NCBI GenBank assembly: GCA_964016885.1
Contig: OZ024740.1
Location: forward strand, 145,700,001-145,764,000
Length of the DNA stretch: 64,000 nucleotides
DNA from: Eledone cirrhosa
Lineage: Eukaryota
Reading direction: 5' to 3'
Position 1 is the stretch's first letter; every line of letters starts with the position of its first letter. Positions 11,300 to 23,387 of the stretch are shown one piece after another. The notes under the pieces are model-generated. The model saw nothing but the letters and a program-made list of their open reading frames with translations. It did not search any database and was not told the origin of the DNA. The translations under genes were made by a program, and so were the position numbers.

Positions 11300-14200
11300 G
11301 GTGGGAGTAGGGAAGAATATACAGCCACTAAGAGAGAAGCTAGACGTCAGGTGTACTTAGCACGCAGGGAGGCAGAGAGTAGGAGGTTTGCCAATGTTCT
11401 GCGACGGGAAGATCAGAGGCGTGCGGTGTTCCACATTGCAAGGCAGTGTGTCAATGCAAATCAGGATGTTCATCATCATCATCATCATCAACGTTTAACG
11501 TCCGTGTTCCACGCTTGCATGGGTTTGGACGGGGGTAGTCCCACTTGAGGCAAGAGTGATTGTCTTGCTCGCATAGGACTGTCTGGCAGGTTTTCTACAG
11601 TTGGATGCCCTTCCTAACACCAACCACATTTACAGTGTGGGTCTGGGAGGTTTTTACCGTGTTGCCTACACGGCCACATTACAGCGTGGACTGTGTGTTT
11701 TTTTGTCGTGACACCTACACGATCTCATTTGTTTCGGCCTCGATGGCGCGGCACCAACATAACTTTACATAGAACGGGGTGGTGTGGATCGGGTGGGGGT
11801 GGTGGTGGTGGGACGGGGTGTATTTTGTTAGAGATGCCTACTGGCTGGAGTAGGTTTTACTATATATTTAGGTAAGGCGGGTCTTCTCTGTTACTGAGTA
11901 CCGCCAAAGGTCTCGGTCCAGTGACATTGTCTTGGAGAGGTGTAAGTGTGTGATGTCGGAGTTTATCAGCTCGTCCCAGGTTTTTCTAGGTCTGCCTATT
12001 CCGTGACTACCGTCTATCTTTATTGCCCTGCACTTTGTTATACAGCTATCGACTTTCATGCGCATCACGTGTCCATACCAACGTAGCCTTCTCTCGAGTA
12101 AACAACATCTGATCCCTCTTATCTCTAATTTTTTCCTTAGTTCGTTTATGCTTTGCCGTTCACGTATATTACTGTTACACATCCAGCGGAGCGTGCAAGC
12201 TTCGTTCCTCTCTAGTCTGCGTATATCCTCTGCACACAATGCCCAGGTCTCACTGCCATGCAGCATTGCTGTTCGTATGCAGGCATCGTACAACCTGCCT
12301 TTCATTTTTAGTGAGAACCCTTTAGCAGCTAATAGTGGTATAAGCTCTCTGAACTTTTTCCAACCAGTTCTGACTCTAGCTACAGTACTTTCAGAGCACC
12401 CTCCCCCACTGCTGATTTTATCGCCCAGGTAACGGAAGCTGTCCACTATTTCTATAGAACCCTCTGCGCAATTGAAAGAGCTAGTAGTTTGTGGGCACTT
12501 GCTGCTACTTATTGCACCAGAGCACCGGCCACATGTAAAATCTATGTTCTTAGTTAGCTTACCTGTGATCCCACTACATCTTTTATGCACCCATACTTTG
12601 CATTTAGGACATAAAATGGAGTTTCTACCTACGCCTTTCCTACACACCGAGCACGACCATTTCCCAGAAGGGACCGCCGCCTTGTTTTCTTTCCTACAAA
12701 CTAGTACTTTGGTCTTAGCCAGGTTAATTTTAAGTCCTTTTGACTCTAGGCCGTGCTTCCATGTTTGGAATTTCTTCTCTAGCTCGGCCATTGATTCCGC
12801 TATGAGTGTCAGGTCGTCTGCGTATAGGAGTTCCCATGGGCAGCCTGTCTTGAACTCCTCTGTTATAGCCTGAAGGGCAATAATAAATAGTAGTGGACTG
12901 AGAACAGAGCCCTGATGGACGCCAACTTTTACGCTAAACTCTTCACTATATTCGTTGTTAATTCTAACCTTGCTGACTGTTTCTTTATACATGGCTTGTA
13001 TAGCCCTCACAAGCCATTCGTCAACGCCTAGTTTTCTAAGAGCCCACCAGATAATGGAGCGGGGGACTCTGTCGAAGGCTTTCTCCAAGTCGACAAAAGC
13101 TAAGTAGAGGGGTTTACCTTTAGCTAGGTACTTCTCCTGTAGTTGTCGTACTATGAAAAGAGCGTCTGTGGTACTTTTGCCTGACACAAACCCGAACTGC
13201 ATTTCATCTAGGTCAAGATGTTGTTGGATATAAATGTGTCCGGGATGATGCCGGTGTACTTAGTGTCACGAATGACCAGAAAAAGGAGGCCTGGAAATGT
13301 CATTATGAGAGACTGATGAATGTGGAGAACGAATGGGAGAGAGAGAAATTACCCTTGGTAGATCCGACAGAGGGACCAGCTATTGAGATTGACGAATATA
13401 GGGTCCAAGAGGCGATTAGGGAAATGAAAAATGGTAAGGCGGCCGGACCATCGGGAATAGTTGCTGAGATGCTGAAGGCATCAGGGGACGTAGGCACTAA
13501 ACTGGTTGCACGCATCATCAATCAGGCTATATATGGTGGTGTCATACCCAAAGACTGGTGCAGCAGTATTCTCATAAATTGCTACAAAGGTAAAGGGGAT
13601 GCTTTGGAGAGGAGCAATTATAGGGGTATAAAACTGATAGATCACGTTATGAAAGTGGCAGAAAGGATTTTAGCACAACTAATTAGAGAAAGGGTCAAAC
13701 TAGATGAGATGCAGTTTGGTTTTGTGCCTGGGAAGAGTACAACAGATGCCCTCTTCTTGGTGAGACAAATGCAAGAGAGGTTCTTAGAGAAGAATAAGCC
13801 ACTATACTTAGCCTTTGTTGACCTAGAGAAGGCCTTTGATAGGGTACCCCGATCTGTCATCTGGTGGTCCCTAAGGAAGCTAGGTGTTGAGGAATGGCTT
13901 GTGAGGACAGTGCAAACTTTGTACAGAGGTACTCTCAGTAAAGTCAGGGTAGGAATGGAGTTTAGTGAGGAATTCTAGATACAAGTAGGAGTACATCAGG
14001 GTTCGGTCCTCAGCCCGCTCTTGTTCATTATAGTCCTCCAAGCCATAACAGAGGAGTTTAAGACTGGCTGTCCATGGGAACTTCTCTATGCTGACGATCT
14101 GGCTCTTATAGCAGAATCAATAGAGGAGCTAGAGAATAAATTCCGGCTATGGAAACAGCAGTTGGAAGCAAGAGGACTGAGAGTAAATCTAGCTAAGACA

Positions 14201-15083
14201 AAAGTGTTGATGAGTAGAAAAGAGGACAAAACCCTGATTCCGTCAGGGAAATGGCCATGTTCGATATGCAGAAAAGGAACTGGCATAAATTCTATAAAAT
14301 GCACACAATGCAGGTCCTGGGTACACAAGAGATGTAGTGGGATAGCAGGCAAACTAACAGGTAGGGAGAAATATGTATGCAGTAGATGTACAGGGAAATT
14401 AGACAGTAGAAGTCGCACTGATAGACACATTTTTCAAATGCGAGAGGGCGCTATAGAAGTGGTGGATAGCTTCCGGTACCTAGGAGATCAGATTAGCATG
14501 GTAGGAGGGTGTTCCGAGGCCATAGTATCTAGAATAAGGACGGGTTGGAAGAAGTTTAGGGAGCTGCTTCCTCTGTTGATGAAGAAGGGTTTCTCCCTGC
14601 GTACGAAAGGCCGGTTGTATGATGCCTGTGTGAGGAGCGCGATGCTGCATGGTAGTGAGACATGGGCAGCAACCGCAGAGGATATGCGACGGCTGGAGAG
14701 AAATGAGGCAAGCATGCTCCGTTGGATGTGCAGTGTAAATGTGCGTGAACGACCCAGCATAAATGTGTTGAGAGAGAAACTGTGTCTGAGAGGGATAGAA
14801 TGTAGTGTACGGGAGAGGAGACTGAGGTGGTATGGACATGTGATGCGCATGGAGGATGACCGATGGGTGAAGAAGTGCCAGGAAATGCCAGTTGAAGGAA
14901 GACGTGGTAGAGGTAGACCACGAAAAACATGGGCGGAGGTGGTGAGAACAGACCTCAGATCATTGAAGCTCACGGTGGAGATGACGAGGGACCGTGATGA
15001 GTGGAGAGATGCTGTGCTGAATAAGACCCGTCCCACCCTTGCAAGCAGGGAAAAGCGGACGTAAAATGATGATGATGATGATG
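11300..15083 (+). mobile_element. RTE-clade LINE, subfamily B, 5'-truncated and split by a nested RTE-A (11471-13216)
   Basis: 11300-11470 encodes REARRQVYLARREAESRRFANVLRR. The frame resumes at 13217 and is open to 15064 except one TAG (13976-78). It ends ...KTRPTLASREKRT* followed directly by (GAT)n. Confidence 0.95.
11471..13216 (-). mobile_element. RTE-A, 5'-truncated, with intact 444-aa RT/PHD/C-terminal ORF; nested in RTE-B
   Basis: ORF 11868..13202 has no stops. 3' UTR and (CAT)n lie at 11471-11490. TSD GATGTT at 11465-11470 and 13217-13222. Confidence 0.95.
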
Positions 15084-15500
15084 AGCTATGCTATGTTGTT
15101 CTGAGATATAGAATACTGTGGCACATCTATATTACGGCACCTCTTAAACTAAACATTACTGTTTATTGCAAAACAAATAGCTTATCAATAAAAAGTTGTT
15201 TAATTATTGTGAAAATTTACTTACTAAAGTATGTTAATAACTGTGTTGTTCCAGCAAATGTATAAACAAACCTTAACAGATAAAATGAATCATCATCATC
15301 ATCATTTAATATCCATTTTCCATGCTAGAATGGGTACTTTATAAATTGAAATAGTTTTACTTTCATTCACAATTCATGTATGATAAGAGGCATTGTAGAC
15401 ATCAAAATTTGTAAAATAACATTGAATTGGCAGATCCTTAGAGTGTCAGTCAAAAAGGTTTTTGTTATTTATTCATCCATCTCATGTAATCTGAGTTTAA

Positions 15501-15735
15501 CTTTTTAGCATTTAAACCGGCCATATCTAGTCAAAATTCTCACACCTCTTTCTGTTTAAACCAGCTGTAATTGGCTGCTCATACTTATGTTAAGGTATTA
15601 TTTTCAAAATAAATAATATCAAAATTTCGTAACTTCAATATTATGTGAGATAATTATGTGAAATAAAGTGTTTACTGTGAAAATACAATAGCGCAAATAC
15701 AATAGTAAATATAGAGTAATGTAAATGCTAAAGGG
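15501..15735 (+). mobile_element. piggyBac-type MITE family 1
   Basis: TTAA/CTAA flanks. TIR is C(C/T)TTTAGCATTT...AAATGCTAAAGGG. Confidence 0.8.
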
Positions 15736-15919
15736 CTAAATCTCACTAAGGTCAGCTTTGCCTTTCATCCTTCCACAGTCACTAACTAAAGTACCTGTCT
15801 AGAGCAGTAAGATGGTGTAATAGTTAGAGTATCAGATGGAATGCTTTCATTTTGGCTCTTTGTGTTCTGAGTTCTGCCATGGCCTACTTGGATGGTAGGT
15901 AATCTGTCACCCAGTTTAA

Positions 15920-16827
15920 CTCTTTAGCATTTACATTACTCTATCATCATCATCGTTTAACGTCTATCTTCCACGCTAGCATGGGTTTAGACAGGAATTG
16001 TCCCACTTGAGGCAAGATTGGTCGTCTCACTCGTATAGGACTGTCTGGCAGGTTTTCTACGGCTGGATGCCCTTCCTAACACCAACCACGTTTACAGTGT
16101 GGACTGGGAGGTTTTTACCGTATTACCTACACGGCCACATTACAGCGTGGACTGTTTTTTTGTCGTGACATCTACACGAACTCATCTATTTAGGACTGGA
16201 TGTTGTGGTACCAACATAACTTTACAGAGAAAGGGGTGGTGTTTATGGGGATGGGGGAGTTGGGGTAGTAAGATGGGGGTGTATATTTGATTAAGAGGTG
16301 CCTACTGACTGTAGGTATCGCTTTGTACTTAGGTAAGGCGGGTTTTCTGTATTACTGCGTAGCGCCAAAGATCTCGGTCCAGTGACATTGTCTTAGAGAG
16401 GTGTAAGTGTGTAAGGTCATAATTTGTCAAATCGTCCCAGGTTTTTCTGGGTCTGCCTACTCCGTAACTTCCGTCAATTTTGATCGCCCTGCACTTTTTT
16501 ATACAGCTATCGTCTTTCATGCGCATCATATGACCATACCAACGTAGTCTTCTCTTGAGTAAACAGCATCTGATCTCTCTTATACCTAATTTTTCACTTA
16601 GTTCATTTATGCTTTGCTGTTCACGTATATTACTATTACACTATATATATACTATTGCATTTTCATGGTAAAAGTTTTACCTCACATAATATTGATTCTG
16701 AGAGATTTTGATGTTATTTATTTTGAGAACAATACCTTAACATCAGTATGAGCAGCTGGTTATAGCAGGTTTAAACAGAAAGCAGTGAGAATCGTGGCCG
16801 GATACAGCCGGTTTAAATGCTAAAGGG
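15920..16827 (-). mobile_element. piggyBac-type MITE family 1, split by an RTE-A insertion
   Basis: Starts TTAA-CTCTTTAGCATTTACATTACTCTA, then the RTE insertion. The MITE resumes at ~16642 and ends AAATGCTAAAGGG-TTAA. Confidence 0.8.
15944..16641 (-). mobile_element. RTE-A 3' fragment
   Basis: C-terminal ORF (MRMKDDSCIKKC..GRPRKTW..KTRLT), 3' UTR and (CAT)n. Confidence 0.92.
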
Positions 16828-16991
16828 TTAAACCCAATACCTGATCCTCAAGTGCTTTTAGCAGATCCCTCTTTGTTGCAAGCATTCAGGCCAGGTCTCC
16901 AGTTCAATACTACCTTCCTCCCATCAGTTACTGAGACCCTGAAATTAGCCATGGGCACTGCCCATTCTCTTGGCTAAGCAATAAAAATAAT

Positions 16992-17061
16992 TGTTTCTAC
17001 TTTAGGCACAAGGCCAGCAATTACCCAGTGCATTACTGGTACTTTATTTTATCGACCCCGC
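16992..17061 (-). mobile_element. 5'-truncated (ATT)n-tailed SINE with 16-bp TSD
   Basis: Reverse complement is cggggtcgataaaataaagtaccag...ggccttgtgcctaaagtagaaaca. TSD AAGCAATAAAAATAAT at 16976-16991 and 17062-17077. Confidence 0.85.
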
Positions 17062-17679
17062 AAGCAATAAAAATAATGCACAAAGTTTGTCATTCAAATT
17101 TCCTTAAATATATTTTCACATAATCATAGATATCTTGATCAGAAAGTATTGAAGAACTCATAAATGGCAAAAATCAACACTTGCTTGATTTTTTCATTGC
17201 TCACTACAGCTAAAATCTAGACTTCTTGTTTATATTTGATTCAATTACAATGATTGAATTCTTTATAAATTGTGCACTGCATACAGATGGACTTTTTGGT
17301 TGAAAAGTTTCTTTAGGTAATCAAGTATAGTCTTTAATCTCAGTTTCAACTAAATAAGTGGGTAGAAAACCAAGTCATGTGAACTGGCATGTAATAACTA
17401 CTGCATGACTGTTCACCCATGCAACACAGAGAGCTATACTTATAAATATTTCTTTGAAGCCTTTCCTGGGTTAGAACAACAAATTATGGGCAATGCAACA
17501 AGCACTTCTTTAACCTCATGAATCTACACCACAGGTTTCTCATCCCAAAATAAACTATTCTGTGCTTGTGCAATTTGTTTATTTAACCTTCAATGAATTT
17601 ACATGGAGACTAAATATAAATAGTCACTTAGACTAACACACATTTTACAGAAAAAATGCATGAATGTATGGGTTATGTT

Positions 17680-17895
17680 GGTGCCACAATAAAATGCCCC
17701 CAGTACAATCTGTCAGATGGATGGTGTTAGAAAGGGCATCTAAGCATAGAAACCACGCCAAAAACAGAACATACAAGTGAGACATGATCCTCTAACCTGT
17801 CTAGGAGGGTAGTAAATCCAAATAATAACTAACTTGAATTGTAACCTACCCAATCCCTGCCAGCATGGAAAGCATATGTATTATAATGATGATGT
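17680..17895 (+). mobile_element. Old RTE 3' UTR/SINE-type fragment
   Basis: ggtgccacaataaaatgcccccag...gttagaaagggcatc...ccagcatggaaag...(gat)n. Confidence 0.6.
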
Positions 17896-19334
17896 ATTGT
17901 TAAACACTGACTACCTCTTTGCAATTGAGCTCCATGCTGTCATATACTTCTCCCTTAATACCCATTTAAATCTCCATAATAATTTCTTTATTTAATCATT
18001 TAAATCTCCATAATACCACAAAATTTGTGACGCCACCCACTTTAGGAACCATAGCTTTATGGAATTTGATATTAGCCTATGCGCTCAAGAGTGATGATCG
18101 ATTTCCTCAAATTCATTCTGGATGATCAGCTTTTATAGCAGAGCCACCTACAATCATATAAAGTTATTGTTTGTAAGACTATATCTTTAAATTATCAACT
18201 TTTAACATCCTGTAATAATTTAGCAGAAAATATATTAAAGTTAATTGTAAATTGTTTAATAGTAACTTTATTAGTGGACAGATTGTTGTGAAAATTAGTA
18301 ATCAGAGTAAAGTCTTCAATTTTTATCTTCCTAATGCAGTTTCACACAATACAGGACCTTAAGAGTTAGACTAGCTTACAATAGAAACAAGGGAATGGTT
18401 CAAGACCAAAGTCACAATAAATTTATTGCTGGCACCAACTTGTGAAAAATGTATTAATGAAAATTATTAACTAATCTTAGTTTTCAACATTATAATTCCA
18501 TTTATGATTAAATGAAACTGAAATTATCCATTTAATGTAATATAACTTAATTATAGTATTTAGATTGTTATTTTTGTATAGAATATACACAGAAGTTTAT
18601 AAGTAGAATTGGCAAAAACTGGAAAGTTTGCCAATTCTTTTCCAGTTAATCCAAGAACATCCCTCTAAAATCTGAAGCTCATATTTCTCTTCTCTGTATC
18701 GCCACAACTGAAGTATAAATCTATTTACCCCACTGCTTAAACAGAGGAACTCAGATTTTCCAGAAATATTTTATCAATAAATATTTAGAAGTAAAATAAG
18801 TTGCTCTCTTTTCAACAGGTTCGATACATTTACTTCATTTGGAAAGATAAACAGAGTATAATTAAAATGAGTTATTTTGCTCAATTTCAGATCAGTTATT
18901 TTGTTCATTAGAAAATAAAATATGGTCATGTACCATTCATGCTGGAAATAGGCCAAACATAATGAAAGTTCCTCACATACACTAAGAAACTTTATTCACT
19001 ATTACTGGCATATTTTCTTAGTCTGACTCATTTCATAGTGGAGCTGTTTTTTAGTCTCATGACATTAGCTACTTCCTAGCAGCAGTAGCCAGAAGCAAAG
19101 ACTATTTACTATCCACACACATCTATCCTCCTTACACGCATTAGACATACACAAATATATCCCCTTTTCGCTACATTTAATACACCCACCCACTACCACC
19201 CACAATAAATTTACTATACACACACATACAATATTCACACACTACACACATGCACAGACACATATCCACCCTTACTACATACAATATACATACACATCAC
19301 ATCCACCCTCACTATATACACACTACATTCACCC

Positions 19335-19535
19335 TGTTGGAACTACATGGTCGCTCTACTTGTTTGCGATAGCAGCAAAATCTCCCTTAAATTACTCTCG
19401 ACTATCTGGAAAAGCAAATAACACATTGAATAGTGTAGAGACAGAGAAAAAACAGGGTGGTCATCACCCGAGTTCCTTTCATCATAAATCTACTTAGTAA
19501 GGGCTGACTTAAGGCTAAACAACCACCACCCTAGC
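19335..19535 (+). repeat. Dispersed SINE-like repeat (AATAGCAGCCAAATCTCC family)
   Basis: Homologous segments at 20390-20600, 32520-32625(-), 34310-34350, 36360-36480 and 53360-53420, with (CAA)n-like ends. Confidence 0.55.
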
Positions 19536-19890
19536 AACATTTACATAATTTCAACCTTTACTAAATACACACCCACAAACACTGCAGTTACCCATACTAA
19601 TACACATGCCACATCCACCCTCTGCTCATACAAGAACACCACATCTGCTCACTGTACAAACACCTATCCACACAACACATGCACACTCATTACATTCATT
19701 AAACATGGTACTTTACTATAAACACACATACAAACAAATGGCAACACCACACCCACCCTCACTACACAAACACACCAGTATTAAACCAGGTGACAGATTA
19801 AGTCTATCACATGGCCCATGGGTGCCTTCAGCAGAGTTCACTCTGTTGCAAGCATTTGAACCAAATCTCTGCTCACAACCCCACCACACA

Positions 19891-19928
<38 letters not shown>

Positions 19929-20389
19929 CTCAGAGACCCTGAAAAAAGTCAAGGGGGCTGCCCTTCTTTCTGATTATGCCATTAATTTTGTTTTTTTAAT
20001 TAAAACATCTACTCTTACTAAATAAGCATGCATATGAGCACTTACACAGCCTCACTACACATCTACACTGACACACACAAACATTGTCTTTCTGCTATAT
20101 TTACTCACACAGAAATAACCACACCCACTTTCATTATATACTTTACATAGACATATGCACATCCCACACATTTCATACTTCACAGTCACACTACTTCAAA
20201 CACCCTTAATACAAACCCTTACTATTTCTAGCATTTTCTGTTGGATCCTCATAATCTGACAAAACAGCATCAACGAAACTGATTTCTTTTTTTATCAATG
20301 AGTATGTTATTGTAGGTAACTAGATACTATAAATACCCAAATATACCCTACTAAGAAATAATACTTTTATATATGGGCTAATCCACCAC

Positions 20390-20600
20390 CTTTGAGCTAC
20401 TACGTGGCCATTCGATCTGCTAAAAATAGCAGCAAAATCTCCCTTAGATTATACCCTACCATCTTCAAAAGAGAACACATTGGATAATGCAGTCCTAGAT
20501 AAATAATGCATCTAGACAAGGATAGGGTGGTCATGTCGGGAATATATTTGATCACAGTTCTACTCGGTCAGGGCTGGCAGTGATGAAGGGATGAGACAAC
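20390..20600 (+). repeat. Dispersed SINE-like repeat (same family as 19335)
   Basis: ctgctaaaaatagcagcaaaatctccc...gatagggtggtcatg...tcagggctg. Confidence 0.55.
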
Positions 20601-20880
20601 ATCAGCAACAGTAGTAATAGCAGATGGTATATATTTAAAACTACAATCATATGAGATTTATTTTATTACTAAATACTTTAACTGAAAATATAACAATTGT
20701 CACATTACCTCCTCTATATATCTCAACTGAAATAATGAAAAATTCTTATCTTCAGAACTCACTGGTTTCACCCATCTCCATTTCAATTTACCTGCTTTTG
20801 TCATTTATACAATCTCTAATTAAACTCTACAACTAAACTTACATATAATCCTTCATTTTTAATTTTACTACTTTATTTAA

Positions 20881-21074
20881 TCCTTTTGATATCAACCTAC
20901 TTGGAACCACCCATAACTGCTCAAACTTATGTTAAAATCTTCCATTATAATTCACATGTAGAGTGCATTGCGCAGGCTTCCTTTAGGGGACAAGTGTCTC
21001 GGTTTTCGCAGCACTACATATTTTCTAAATCCATTGATACACAGTGTATTTCATTAGCAATAGTGTCAAAAGGA
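20881..21074 (+). mobile_element. piggyBac-type MITE (family 2-related)
   Basis: TTAA-TCCTTTTGATA ... TGTCAAAAGGA-TTAA. Confidence 0.7.
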
Positions 21075-21205
21075 TTAAATTCTTCTCATTTGTCTAATAA
21101 CTTATTCATATGCCTCGCTCTTCTTATCCTATAGTCTTTGACAATAATAAAAGACTGTTTTCAGTTATGAAGTACTCTATCATTATATAGCCAATATACA
21201 TTTAA

Positions 21206-21423
21206 CTCTTTAGCATTTACATTACTCTATATTTACTATTGTATTTTCATAGTAAAGGCTTTATCTCACAATTATCTCACATAATATCAAAGCTATAAGA
21301 TTTTGATGTTATTTATTTGGAGAACAATATTTAAACATTGGTATTAGTGGAAGGTTATGGCCGATTTGAACAGAAAGAGGTGAGAGAATTCTGGCCAGAT
21401 CAACCAACTTAAATGCGAAAGGG
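21206..21423 (-). mobile_element. piggyBac-type MITE family 1
   Basis: TTAA-CTCTTTAGCATTTAC ... AAATGCGAAAGGG. The body is the reverse complement of the 15501 copy. Confidence 0.8.
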
Positions 21424-22475
21424 CTCACATACATTCTCTGTGCGTGATTTGGCTCAGCTCAGCCAATCAGTGCCAGAGGAAGAGAATGTATCCCTACGCG
21501 TTCTGAGGGAGAAATAGCCCGCAAAGATTTGAGAAATCTCAGACTCGCAGCTTGACCATGCTAAGGTAAACACCACTTGTTCTTTTGCTCCGTAAGCACA
21601 CAAAATATGTAACGACAAAACATTACTACGGGCCTGGTCAAACGCCTCAGCCAGTCGACCGTATTTTCTCTTGTAATCTTAATTGAATTATTTCATTTCT
21701 CTTGGCATGCCAGCTTAATTCACTTCTTAACCTTTGTTAATAAATTATGTAAAAACAAGCTAAAGTCGTTGTCGATATTCCTATCTTTCTACCAAACCTG
21801 GTTCCTCGTGGCAACCTTACCAACTCTCTAAATATAACTTCTCTCCTAAAGGGCTAACAGAATTTTTCTGCACTAACATTAAGTGATTTTCTCATATAAT
21901 ATCAACCATAAGAAAATACAATGACCTAACATTAAATATAAACAAAGTAACAGCAATCCAAATGTTAATAAAACAACTATTTACTTTCACTAATAATCCA
22001 TATAGAATTCAGCTTACAAAATTTATAATAAAATCTGTTATAATAGTGAAAGTAAAAAGATTAAATATGTTTCTGTCCAAACTCTTCAAACTACAAGCAT
22101 AACTTACAATAAATAAGTTATCAAAATATGCTTGGTTATAATGTATCTTATCATCTGAATTTTTGAAACCACTACTTAGTAAGCAAAATCTTTTCACCAT
22201 AAAGAGTGAATCATTAGGCTATTATGAATCAATTTCCATTATTTACATATTTGCCTTAGTACCAGTAATACACTGGGATAATTGCTGACTTGTGCAAAAA
22301 GTAGAAACAATTATTTACATTTGTGTAATTGAAGCTTATTTGTCTATTACGTCAGTTAGCTAGACAAGCAAATCATATATATCATTATCATCACCGTTTG
22401 ACACTTATTTTCCTTGCATGGATTGTCACATTCTGTGACGAGACAGGTCAGATGACAATATCTCACTCATAAATT

Positions 22476-22529
<54 letters not shown>

Positions 22530-22537
22530 ATGAATAT

Positions 22538-22830
22538 GTCATCATCACCGTTAAATGTCTATTTTCCATGCTTGCATGGGTTAGAGAGCAGTCGTGTGCT
22601 GAGATGATTAGGTCTTGTTCATTCTTTGTTTTGACTTGGTTTCTACGACTGGATGCCCTTCCTAATGCCAACAACTTTACAGCATCTATTGGAACATGGT
22701 TTCTATGGCTGGATGCCCTTCCTAACACAAACCAGTGGGAGCATTTTATTATGACTCCAACACCTTACAGGGTGGACTGGGTGCTTTTGTAGTAGCACCA
22801 GCACTATTTCATTACTGCACCAGGGTGCTG
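22538..22830 (-). mobile_element. RTE 3' UTR-type fragment with duplicated GGAAGGGCATCC block
   Basis: (CAT)n tail and ttttccatgcttgcatgggttag terminus. ctggatgcccttcctaa occurs twice (~22650, ~22710). Confidence 0.7.
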
Positions 22831-23387
22831 AGTACATGGTCTTTCTGGGGAAGGGGGAGGCGTCCATCATTTCATAGTTGGAGGGAGTAGGGACATGCTG
22901 GTGCCCAGCCTCTCTTGATAATCTAAAGGAGGGCATTTATAGGCTGGGACATGTGGTTGGGTGGTGTCCATCATTTGGGGGTTTGCCAGGCATTCCTGGG
23001 TTAGTAGAGTGATGGAGGGTACAAGGGTTCAGTAGGGAAAGGTGAACCAGTCATGTTTCCTCCTAGATTTCTATGCTAGCATCTACTGAGCGAAGAAATG
23101 AGGAATTTATTGACAGATGAAGACCTGAGAGTTGTTCTATCATACTACTTCTTCGGGTTTAGGGGCATGCTGGCAGGAGTTTCAGGAGTATACTGACAGA
23201 TGGGAGATGGGGTTAGCCATCCAGCTTCTGCTGCATTTATACCACTTGTATTAGAAGGCAAGTGCTTCATATTATGGAATGTCACCCATTTTCTCAGACC
23301 TGGATCATCTCTTTTATGAGGTTTATCTGCATGAGGTCAACCATCACAGGTACATGCATGTGTATATGGATGTACATATGTATATAT

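Noticed and set aside
12058-15036. Long antisense ORFs (e.g. 12058..12432, 12472..12873, 14488..15036, and 57142..57795 elsewhere)
   Set aside because: They are shadows of RTE ORF2 on the opposite strand, with no independent coding signal.
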